The position numbers and the translations under genes were made by a program. Shown one piece after another: positions 10,901 through 20,557 of a DNA stretch of 64,000 bases (within the stretch, counting starts at the first letter, position 1; every line of letters begins with the position of its first letter). The notes beneath the pieces are model-generated. The model saw only the letters and a program-made list of their open reading frames with translations. It was not told the DNA's origin and searched no databases. This DNA is from Elsinoe ampelina. Lineage: Eukaryota. Location of the stretch: the NCBI GenBank assembly GCA_010093995.1, contig ML992503.1, positions 1,107,234 to 1,171,233 of the forward strand, in the 5' to 3' direction.

Positions 10901-13083
10901 TCAGACGTCGAGGGATACTGCAGATCAGGTGGGGAGTCCATAGCTGGAGCAAGGACACCTTCGGAGTAGCCATCAATGACGGATGGACGGACGTAGACAT
11001 CATAGTTCGCTCCCGCTACTTTGAAAAGCTCGCGCGCCAGGGTATCAAGGTCTGAAGTGCAGGGTGATTGGGCGATCTTCTCGCTGAGCGGCGTGTTTGG
11101 CGGCGGGCAGACAGCCTGGAAATGACGGTCCGCCAGCAGTACATCGTCCGAAAGGTCCGGCATATCCATTCGCTGAGCGAGCTTGATCCGAAGAATCTTG
11201 TTGTTGTTCTTTGGAAGGTCGTCCATGAAGACAAGCACCTGAGGCCACTTTACTTGACTGAGCGACTCCTTCACGGCTTCCTGAACGGTCTTGATGCACA
11301 CCTTTCGCGCGCCAATTGGGGTGACTACGACAAGTCCAACGACTTCTTGCAGCACGTCGTGTGGCATCGAGAAGGCCAAGACCGCACTGATCCGTCCTTC
11401 GACGGGCGAGCCAGAGGTTTGTGATGCCGACAGGACAGCTTCTTCAACTTCGAACGGTGAGATGAGCTCGCCGCCGCGATTGATGACCTCTTTGCTGCGA
11501 CCAGTGACGAAGAGGTAGCCGTTATCGTCGAGGTAGCCCATATCACCAGTGCGAAACCAATTCGAAGCAGTGAAAGGAGATCTGTCCGTAGAGCCATTCG
11601 ACTTCAGATAACCTGCAAAGAGCGGGGCACCCCTGACAGCAATCTCGCCCACCACACCCGCGCAGACCACATTGTCATTCTCATCAAGGATCCCGAGATC
11701 AGGGCCAACACTGACGCCAGATGTGCCAGACCTGTCCAGCTTGTAGTCAAGGGGCGGACTGGAGATGGGCATACACTCCGTCATGCCATAACTAGGTAGT
11801 ACCGTGCATCCAAAGGTGTCGCGAAGGTTGCATGCGAGTGACGGAAGCAGACCACCGGCAGCATTGCAAATGAGGCGCATGTTGCATTTCTCCAGAGCGT
11901 CCTGACGGTACTGTGATGTTTCCAGGATCATCTGATGCATCGTTGGAGAGGCATAGTACCAGGTCGGGGAGTGATCCTCGACAATGTCCCAGAAGGAGTT
12001 GGCATCGAAAGCTGCGCAGCAGATTGTGGAACCTCCTGCCATGATCGGAGCGAACAGATTACGGACAATACCGCCGACGTGAAAAAGTGGCATCATGTTG
12101 AGACATACGTCGTCCTGTTTGAGACCCCAGGATTCGATCACGAATGCCACGCCAGCGATGAGGGAGTGGAGGGTGATAGGTACTGTCTTCTTTGTCCCGG
12201 ATGTACCGCTAGTGAAGAGCATTATAGCGACGTCGTTTGGTCCATTGGGCGTAGGACGATGGGAATCGATGTCGGGCGATGGACGGTCCACACCCTCGAC
12301 ACAATGCATGCTGAAAGTCATGTCATGTTCTTGCTGCAAGACCACAACCTTGACCCCGGCATCCGTGATCCAGGAACCGTCGAGTCCAAGTCGCTTGATA
12401 TCCGCTCGGGTGACAAAGACGACACTCGCCTCGGACTGCGCAAGATCACTCCGGAACTGCTCCGCTCCACTTGCTGTAGACAGTGGACATGCTGTGTAGT
12501 AGGTGGTGGTCGCCAGTATGGCCAGACCGAGTAGTGGACCATTCGGTAGCGCAAGAGCGATCTTGGTCTGCGACGGGCCTGTGCAAAGATCGGGCAAGCG
12601 GAAGGTGTGCATGAACGTGGCGAGGCGGTCGTGAGTGAGGGCCGCTTGCGAATGGCTGTCCTTTAGTGCTGGACCAGTGGTGCCCGGGAGAAGGTCTACC
12701 AGGTCGGCGTAAGTTGACATGACCTGCTGCTGCACATGATTTGCAAAATCGGTCTCTCTTGAAGGGCGGCTTGCTTTGACATCCTCTGGTAGATGCTTCC
12801 AAAGTCGCGCAAAGCAGCATTGTACATCGAAGACTGGCCATGGTCCAGGTACGAATGTGAGCAGTGTTGAAAGAATACTTAGAGGAGCGATGGAAGGCTT
12901 GCCAGTAAGAGGTATGCTGATCAATATCCGCTTCTTCTCGAGATCGATGTCGGCTGATGATAGCACTGAGTCAACGAATGTAAAGCAGGTATTCTTCTCG
13001 TCTTGAGTGAGATCCGTCGGTAAGTCAATGTATACGTTACGGTCGTGAAAATGAATGCGGTCCATGGTATGGAAAGACGCCAT
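7981..13083 (-). CDS. Membrane-bound single-module NRPS-like polymer synthetase (A-T-TM/beta-helix x3; Pls/PosA architecture), probable poly(beta-L-malate) synthetase homologue
   Basis: Intronless 1700-aa ORF. Adenylation motifs FTSGTSGTKK, SYGMTE, FRTGDMG, GRSKEVINRGGE and LPKNNNK. Carrier domain DFFEMGGDSL (Ser818, nt 10630-10632). Three R-x-[LF]-GA[KR][IV]G hexapeptide-repeat domains are separated by hydrophobic TM segments. Confidence 0.85.
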   Translation of the reverse strand: MASFHTMDRIHFHDRNVYIDLPTDLTQDEKNTCFTFVDSVLSSADIDLEKKRILISIPLTGKPSIAPLSILSTLLTFVPGPWPVFDVQCCFARLWKHLPEDVKASRPSRETDFANHVQQQVMSTYADLVDLLPGTTGPALKDSHSQAALTHDRLATFMHTFRLPDLCTGPSQTKIALALPNGPLLGLAILATTTYYTACPLSTASGAEQFRSDLAQSEASVVFVTRADIKRLGLDGSWITDAGVKVVVLQQEHDMTFSMHCVEGVDRPSPDIDSHRPTPNGPNDVAIMLFTSGTSGTKKTVPITLHSLIAGVAFVIESWGLKQDDVCLNMMPLFHVGGIVRNLFAPIMAGGSTICCAAFDANSFWDIVEDHSPTWYYASPTMHQMILETSQYRQDALEKCNMRLICNAAGGLLPSLACNLRDTFGCTVLPSYGMTECMPISSPPLDYKLDRSGTSGVSVGPDLGILDENDNVVCAGVVGEIAVRGAPLFAGYLKSNGSTDRSPFTASNWFRTGDMGYLDDNGYLFVTGRSKEVINRGGELISPFEVEEAVLSASQTSGSPVEGRISAVLAFSMPHDVLQEVVGLVVVTPIGARKVCIKTVQEAVKESLSQVKWPQVLVFMDDLPKNNNKILRIKLAQRMDMPDLSDDVLLADRHFQAVCPPPNTPLSEKIAQSPCTSDLDTLARELFKVAGANYDVYVRPSVIDGYSEGVLAPAMDSPPDLQYPSTSDARTLLHGKLDDLDMPNTVHLLEYELPVDAAGDIDHFELDCMIKDTSDTGSTKSDMSTMESRIATLFAQVLACPLSKLGRDSDFFEMGGDSLRAGKLLSELRRESKTRIPVDLLFTCGQISAIAKYIEKATGAGECKEPVLIRKADSQPIIKQRCSSTNPFLLLVQLIPIVLVYPMKRALTWTIFMYLLAESQFWPTTPYLAGRIFNLIVSMAIGRMVTFLIAPLLAILSKWILIGRYREGLYPMWGFYHTRWWLVQKIIAISGKGHFGMSNSGLVLYYRLLGAKIGKNVTIARAATLGEYDLLEIGDGASLDKCIFRAFAGEKDTSMYLARTTIGKNASVGLNSIVAPGTKVPHSVCIGPNSSSWETQDADESNRNLLSSKVPAANFFLDLIISYPLSAIVNLVRSGPWIGGLVPIVMLEPKPSPDHVLAIIHWFAEPYRIGFHYLALVLHAYCGPMAWFVAVFLVKKLLDVTLGKQKPGVVTGRSQLYKLRQSILRHLIPMPQFHKLIDLFGAHYEVTSKIYRAFGAKVGQRVYWPGTGPAVQDFDLLDIGDDVVFGSRSYIQTSDGYGSHIVKVGNGAMISDRVVLLPGTTVEGKTVFGSGALSRRDKHYEPGTVWVGSRGGEAVCLSDPRKQSTVADVKFNLEKGLTVVATVELDSSSLETGPSTPAKGGFSTTTALPTETPTPTTPFGRAFYLHQAPYHVLRLPSIILYSTFLTTFTAFYWNVATTTSVQILSFLLPYFGSLVLPTDTYRPFLIYALFTLSISILQTFLAVLALAIVIAAKWALLGRRKAGNHDWDKSSYCQRWQVFLTVERIRRQCYGGQGVLGLLTGTHYMVLYFRALGARIGKDTALFASGSPSCLFTEPDLLTLGDRVVVDDASLVGHINSRGVFDLNELHVGEGSVLRSGSRLLSGAKMGKGAVLMEHTLVMAGDEVEEGTTRQGWPGEEWEGERMPTLGKDGRVRREEGEMS

Positions 13084-15503
13084 GGTGACTAACAGAACGC
13101 TGCAGAAGAGAACAAAAGTGGTGGAAAGTGCCTACCTCACACGCGAGCGAGTGCCCATATGGATGTTATAGCGCAAGAGACCGTTGTGCGAACGCAGCTG
13201 CGGTATCTCCCTAGGAGGCCGTTGTTTGACAGGGCGGCTCGAACGGATCTAAGCAAGATCAAGGTTGAAATTTTGCGCCATGGACGGTCAGAGCGACCCG
13301 TTCAGTGGCGCTTGCACCAGGTCTATCGAAGCCTGGCATGCAAAGGATAGGACTGGTGTGGACCCCCAAGATGGTTAATGGAAACGCAGCATGTGCCACA
13401 TGGCCAACGAAAGGATGTTTCTTGAAACATGTACCTTTTTGGCTCGAACAAGTGTAAGCAGTCCAGAAGCATCGGACCAGTGCGTGGTTAGTCTTCCAAT
13501 GGCGGACTAGATAGACCCAGGAGCTTGGACAGTCAAGCGATAGTGCATACACCCCTATGAGTGTCTGCCGTTGTGAGGACTGCTTGGTACAGGCTCGAAG
13601 TAACCTGTACAAAGTTAAGGTGAATCCGTCCGAACCAGGCATGGTCGTTTGCAATCATACATCCATGGTAGGAAGAATGAGATGACGGTATGATGGCACT
13701 ATGAGTGGTTGAGGCCACTAGTTTGAGGTGCAATTGTAGGCGATTCGCCGGGTGCCAATAGATATCGTGGCTGGCGGAAACGCCGCAGATTTCCCCTGCA
13801 AGGCTGATGCAGGCGTGTCGAGAGCATGGTGAATGTCAGGGCGACCGTTTTGAAGCCAATGCATGAGCGTTCTGCCGGACGTGACGTGTACCGAGCATGG
13901 AACAGACGGTGAGTGCGACTGTGATCAGAGGCCTGGCGCGGCGTTTGTGGTCCAGAGTATGTCGGAAAGTCTGTAGCCAAAAGGCTCGCGAGAGTCCATT
14001 TCGATAGCGGAGTTGAGCATTGCTGCAATGGGGCGGAGATCACGATGACACTCGTAGTACTGTTATCGGCTCAATGATGGCAGTCGAGAGGTCACAGAAA
14101 AGGGTGAAGTCCCGGAGAGATAAATTAAGAGGCGGTGCTATTGCTTGCACTTGGAGCCGAGCCTTTCCCTTTTCGGAGCCACCTCCGGAGGCTCGTCCCT
14201 TATCCTCAGCGTGGGATATTCTCGAACGTCCATGGACATGGAATAATCCCTGGGAGATGTCGTGCAACGACAAGCGATTTCTTTCAAAGGCCCACATCCC
14301 ACGAAATGGTGCAAGCCTCAAACATTGGAGCCATCACCGGAAGAACTCCGCCGACCCAGAGATGCCCCTATCGTGGATCTTTTCGTACACTAGCATGAAC
14401 TCTACACTATCTCTGGGTTTGCAGATCCTGGTCACGTATCTCTGACATGAACACTACCAGGTCAATGCCGTATCTTGGCGGCTCGTGATATCGAGGGCAA
14501 CCCGGAGCGGAGGAGACTTCAGCTAGCCTGCATCCCGTCATGCCCAATGCAAACAGTGCAGACCAGAAGCGTCGGGCACCTGCATGAGATGGTACCCCTT
14601 TTTGGTTGTGGGTGTATCCCCATTCGGAACATGCCTCATATCAGAGACGCAGGAGATCGTCACAGATGGTGGCACATGTGTCGATGCATGGCAGCCACAT
14701 GATATCGAATCCGTTGAGATGATCCTGCCAGCATCCATTATGCATTGCTTCACTAGTTGCCATTATATCATTCTTGGCAGTAGTGGGTATGTCGTCTCAG
14801 AGCTGGCCTGACAGACGTCAAGTCTGATCAAGCCGTCGCCCATGAGAAATGAGCCTTCCGGCCACTATCGTTTACTCTTGCTTCTCTGTCCACACTTGAG
14901 CACCATTTCCTTTTGGACGGTGACAAGCTCTAGCTAATTCGAAGCGAACATGGCACGTCGACGCGTTTGACACAGTGCATACGAGTATAAGCCGTCGAAG
15001 AACGCGCGCGTTTCAACAGCGAAGACCTCTCCCAAACTCAAGCGTTGGAGCCACACTGGTACGCAATGTCCCCGAGACCCTGGTGTGAGTATTGACATAC
15101 CGTGGTGGAAACGACGGGGATGCATCCAACCCCATGAGACTCAGTGGTGCTAGGTCCTGATTGATGGACCACACATCCAGAATTGGAGACCAACGTCAAG
15201 TACAAGTAGTTCAGCGACCAGAAGCGCGCTGCAGATGATGATATTGGGAAGTCATGAACAGAATTGTAGAGAGGAAGATTTGGACGTGTGTGAAATTTCA
15301 ACACCCCGGACAATGGCACGTGACATGCAACAAAGTGCAAACGATGCAAACTCCCCACGCGACGTCATGCCAAACATCTCCAGCTCATTCCGCACCCCAA
15401 ACCACAACATCTACACTCACACCCCCCTCCCTCACCAAGCTCCTCGACACCTCAATGCTCTAATCATCCCGCCAATCCAACACCTCCCTTTCCCCCCACC
15501 AAG

Positions 15504-16208
15504 ATGCCACCCAAACGCCGCCCCCCTCCCCCCAACACCACCGCCAAACGCGCCCCCGTCCCCCGCCCCTCCCGCCTCGCCAAAGAACACGGCGCCACCG
15601 CCGCCCAAGAGTCCGAAATCAAAGAAGCCTACCTCCTCTTCGCCGTCGCCGACCCGGACGCCTCCACCGCCTCGGGTAAACGCAAAGCCAACGACGTCGA
15701 CGGCACGGTGATACGCACTGGGGACGTGCGACGATGTCTGATCGCGCTCAACGCGCCGAGTAGTAGGGAGGAGATGGCGGAGATACTGGAGACGTTGGAT
15801 CCCGAGGGGGTTGGGGTGGTGGGGTACGAGCATTTTTTCGCGGTGGGGGTGATGAAGGTGCAGAGCCGGGGGGAGGAGGGGGAGGGGGAGGATGAGGGCG
15901 AGAGGGATGGGTATGAGGATGAGGGGGAGGAGGAGGATGTGGGGGTTCGAGGCAAGGGGAGGGCGAAAGGGAAGGGGAGGCAGGGGCGGGCGGAGGCGGA
16001 GATCGAGACGGCGTTCAAGTTGTTTACGAGGGATGAGTCGGAGCAGATCACGTTGGCGCATTTAAGGAGGGTCGCGAAGGAGTTGAGGGAGGATATTGAT
16101 GATAAGACGTTGAAGGATATGATCAGGGAGGCGAATGGGGGTGGGAAGGCGGGGGTCGGGAAGGAGGAGTTTGGGGATGTGATGAGGAGGGCGGGTGTTT
16201 TTGGTTGA
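15504..16208 (+). CDS. Centrin/calmodulin-like EF-hand protein with an acidic insert
   Basis: EIKEAYLLF, GDVRRCLIAL, ETLDPEGVGVVGYEHF, AFKLFTRDESEQITLAHLRRVAKELREDIDDKTLKDMIREAN and EEFGDVMRRAG give a centrin-like helix/EF pattern with degenerate loops. Confidence 0.8.
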   Translation: MPPKRRPPPPNTTAKRAPVPRPSRLAKEHGATAAQESEIKEAYLLFAVADPDASTASGKRKANDVDGTVIRTGDVRRCLIALNAPSSREEMAEILETLDPEGVGVVGYEHFFAVGVMKVQSRGEEGEGEDEGERDGYEDEGEEEDVGVRGKGRAKGKGRQGRAEAEIETAFKLFTRDESEQITLAHLRRVAKELREDIDDKTLKDMIREANGGGKAGVGKEEFGDVMRRAGVFG

Positions 16209-16633
16209 AAAGAGGACTGGGCAGAGAGGACCTTGGATACCCTTGAGATGAAGACCATCAGACTTGTTCTGGACTGTGTCAGCCACGGTCATACCGCCCT
16301 GACATCCGGCGGGATCAAGAACAACGTTCAACCAGATCATGCGGACCAGTCGATCATTTGTCTACAGTACAAACCTCCGGCATCAACCTCACGAGTTCCA
16401 TCCACGGTGTGAGGTTGAGGGACGAGCCCGAGTGGGAGCGCAAGAACCAGATCGGGAGAAGCTGGTCACGAATAGACAGTGCTGGCACGGCCTAGACCAT
16501 AGTCCAATGAAAAGATCATGTTCATCATGTCCTTCAAGACGTCTGCCCGCTATCATATACACCCAAACCAGTCATTCGCTCACTCGTGCCTCCAGTCATA
16601 ACGCCATGCCAATCACACCCGCTTCCCTCAAGA

Positions 16634-19600
16634 CTAATCACCAAGCACGCTCTCCACCTCCGCCTCAGGCTCCTCCTCTGCAACCTCCTCCTGCTCCTCC
16701 TCACCATCAACATCATCCTCCAACTCCTCGTCCTCACTCTCGCTCTCCACGACCAGCACCTCCTTCTTCTTCTCCACTTTCGGCTTCCCCTCCTTCTTCC
16801 CCTTCTTCTTCTCCTCCAGCAGCTTGATCACCTCCTTGTAATTCGCCCCAAGCTTCATCTTGTTCACCTCCAATCTCTTCCGTACAGGCTTCTCATCCAC
16901 CACGCCAGCGAGTATAGCCATGACCAGCTTGACGCCAAACTCACACAGGCGCTGTTCCGCAGTCAAGGCGCGATGCATATGTCTCGCTTCCCGGGCACCT
17001 TCTTCTTCCTCTTCGTCCTCGTCGCTGCTCTCCTCCGCGTCTAGGTGGACTTCGGCGTCGGATTCCTCGGGATCCTTGTCGAGCTCGTCTTCATCCATCG
17101 GGTCTGCGTCTACGGGGCGTTCCTCTGGCTTTTTGTTCTTGCGCGCCTTGCGGCCTTCTTTGACCTTCTCGATGTGTCTCCCTGTGACGCGAGCGAAGCG
17201 TTGCTCCTGTGCGCCAAAGACTTTGAGGCCGACAGTGGTGACGTCTGGCGAGACGTCTAGTGCGAGAGCTAGAAAGTCTTCTCGTCCTTTCTGTTTTGGC
17301 GTGACCCCGCGGAGAGAGGCGCCGGCGATATGAGCGTCTAGCAGGATGAGGGAAATGTCGGTGGCGATGGGAGCAGAAGGCAGGCGAGAAGCAAGGACTT
17401 CGATGAGAGCAGAGATGAAGGCGTCCCGGCTGGTGGCGAGGGAGTCGATTGCAGAATCAGGTGGGTTGCTTTCCTCGAGGCTGGTCCGCAGATTCGAAAG
17501 TGACCACAGAGTGTAGAAGCCAACAACTCGAGCAGCCGTGAGGGACAGAGTATCTTCTGCTAGAGCGTAAGACCTGTCTTCTTGAACGTCTGGCTCCAAG
17601 ACCGCTCGACGGATGAGACTGGTGAGGAGATCCAGAGCTGGCCCTGATGCTGCTGTGCTCTGTCGCTGTGATTTGGTGGTTGCTGCCGTTGCCACATCTA
17701 GATGAGGCACCGGGTTGGAAATCGCCGCCAGACGTTCAATGCGTGCGATAGTCTTCGTGAGACCATCCACAACTTTGGAAGTCAAGTTACCGCGCACTGT
17801 GAGGTTCTTGCTGCCGACAAGTCTCCGGAAGGTTTCGAGGGTCTCATCCCATAATTCGTCAATCTTCTCCTCCGTCACATCACCGAGGTCGGTATATGCC
17901 TTGGCTCGGAGAAGCGCTCGCGAAGCTTCATTCAGGACTTCATCGCTGCCATGGGAAAGGAATTGCTTCTCGATATCATCAAGAAGATTCTTGTATGTCG
18001 ACGGATCTTGTTGGAAATCCGAGAATGCGGACAGACTGACAATTCGTTCTAGGCGCAATACAGCAAGGACAGTCTGGGGAGAGTCGCCGAATCGCTTGAG
18101 GAGCTGGGGAATGAGAGTCGTGATCTCGCGTGCGGTGGACTCCTGCTCGTCCGCCAGATCATCACGTTGTCTCTTCGTCTTCTTGCCTTTCTTCTCGGCC
18201 GCCGAATCAACCAGATTGCTCACGTGCTGTCGGATGGACACGTTGAGAATCTCCAGCAAAATGAACTCTTCACGATCGCTAAGCTTGCAGGAGGTCCGGA
18301 GCTGAGAGCCAATATCCCCCGATACCCCATTTTGGCCGCCGTCTGAAGTGTCGTACAGCAGGTACTTTGCGAGTGTGTCCCAGTCTTTTACAATGTCCAT
18401 ACTTGGATACAGGGTCTCGGCCACAATGATGAATCGGGATTCCAGCTCCTCGGCATGCAGCCTGTAATTATCGCCAGGTCCTCTAGTAGCATGTTTTGAC
18501 ATTTCAGGGTCGAATTGATCGTAGATGTCCAGCACCTCGACCAAGCACTTCAGATGTAACCATGGCAGGCCAGGCTGCTCCGCGCTCTCTGCTGAATCGC
18601 CCAGCTCTTCAGTAACAGCTTCCTCCCCGCCAAGCTCTTCTACTTTACCTTCGTAGATCTCTTGCACACTCGAGGAGAAGAAATGCACAACAGCTTTGCG
18701 TACTCGCGATTCGGAGTCAAAGATGAGACGACCCACAGCATCGATGTCGTCCGGCTCCAAGAAGCCTGCTTGCCGCAAAAGGTCCAGTAGTTCTACTGCT
18801 GAGGCTCTGACAGTTGGCTCGCTGTCCAGTGTTGCCATTTCCACCATGCGGGCCCTGAATCGCTCGGTGAAGGTTTTGAGACCAGCCAGCCGGTCCTTCT
18901 TCTCATAGAGCCGCCTCAGCTGCTTGACCACCTCGAAACGAGCTGGCCAATGCGAATCTGAAAGCACCCATCCAAGGTATCGCAGATGTGCACCGTCGAA
19001 GAACACGTCGGGATACGCCAGGATCCAGTCTCCGAGTGCCTGGGCGCAATCTACACGGATCTTCGGGTCTACATCACGGTATCTGTGAATAAAAACCGTG
19101 TCGAACCAATCCTGGAGAATCGCATCGAGAGCTGCTTGTTTCTGTTGTGCTGCCGTCGCGTCCTGCAGTAGACCGCTTGCGCGCTTCTTGTTCGCCCCCT
19201 TGCCCTTGCTCATATTCTCGCTTTGCCTTTGAGCTGTTGCAGCTGCACCGGCCAGGTCCTTTCCAATCTCGGTGAGAGCAGTCATGACCGCGAGTGATGC
19301 TACTGTCGCAGTGTGCCGAAATGGTCGATTCTGAGCGCTGGTCATGGTAGTCAACCACACGTGGAGATTGTCAATCAGCTCAGGACTGGTGAAGAGCGCT
19401 CCCGTCGCGTCAATCGTCTTGACCAGCACGCCGAAGAATTCTACCAGTGTAGCTTTGAGTGTGGTCGCGAACTTCGTCTTTGCTATGATCGGATAATCGC
19501 TTACGTTTTGCTGGAGTCGCGTCAGTCAAAAGCGATGCGCCGCATATACTGCCACACGTACTGTTTGGAACTCATCCTGTAGATCGCTGACCTTGGTGGT

Positions 19601-20176
19601 CGCGCCGTCCACATCCTCGATATCGTAGTTTGTCACTTCTGATTCACAGCCAGCACACTTCAAGACAAAGTTGACAATCTCTGCTAGCGCATTGGACTCG
19701 TGTTGCTCGAATCGCTGCATCCAATTGCTTGCGACCTCTTCAATTGCCTTGCCGCCAGAGAAGACTTCGGCATACAGTCCACCCACCTCTTTGGCATTTG
19801 GAACTGTGCTGGCTTTGCCCTTTTTGCTCGGTCTCTTCTTCATTGGTGTACTCCTGATGGGTATTTGGACGGGCGCACCATTCGTCTTCGGCTTTTTCGC
19901 AGCAGGTCGCTTGGTTCCGTTTTTGGTCTTCTTTGCGCGTCGTTCTCGTAGCTCCTCCTCAGCCGGCTCATCATATTCGGCTTCATCGTCATCCTCGTCT
20001 TCGTCACTGGTGTCCTCGGCGCCGTTCACGTCATCGTCGTCGTGCGGCGCGGCTCGCTTGCGCTTGGTGCTAGCAGGCTCAGTGACCAAGAATTCGGGCT
20101 TCTTAGAGACGCGACCGGATCGGCGCTTGTTCGTAGATGCGACCTCCTCGTCATTATCTGGTGGTGGCGAAGACAT
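16634..20176 (-). CDS. SCC3: Cohesin subunit Scc3/Psc3/STAG (2 exons)
   Basis: STAG motifs RPFRHTAT, VFIHRYRDVDPKIR, LRYLGWVLSD and FTERFRARMVEMA. Intron 19511-19561 joins the two ORFs; likely start MSSPPPD at 20176. Confidence 0.93.
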
Positions 20177-20557
20177 CTCCGGAAGAAGGACTCCTGGCAT
20201 TGAATGTTGGATTCCCGGCGCGATAGATGGTATGTACAGCGAGGGCCGAGTGTGCCACCACAAAAGGATCGAACAACGAATGCGGAAGGCTACAGAGAGG
20301 AAGAAGAAGCCTCAATGTCCTCGTAGTGCTAAGTCAGGCAACGATGTCACTCGCGAAATGATGGAAGAACGCGTGAGACGCGACAGTGCAAGTGGGGACC
20401 TCTGCGGAGTTACAGTATTCAGTCGTGTCCGAGGTCGGAAGTCTTAACCGAGCCAGAGCCGCACCTCATTGTGCATGACGAGGATCATCGGTATAGACTG
20501 CATGGGAAACACACTGTCGCTTCATTCATTCGTGATTACCATTGACAATTACAGTCC

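Noticed and set aside
3900..13083. Methyltransferase + deaminase + NRPS-like gene as a secondary-metabolite cluster
   Set aside because: A housekeeping-type nuclear gene interrupts it, and there is no transporter, pathway regulator or oxidative tailoring gene. Pls-type enzymes can act alone. Synteny or co-expression evidence would be needed.
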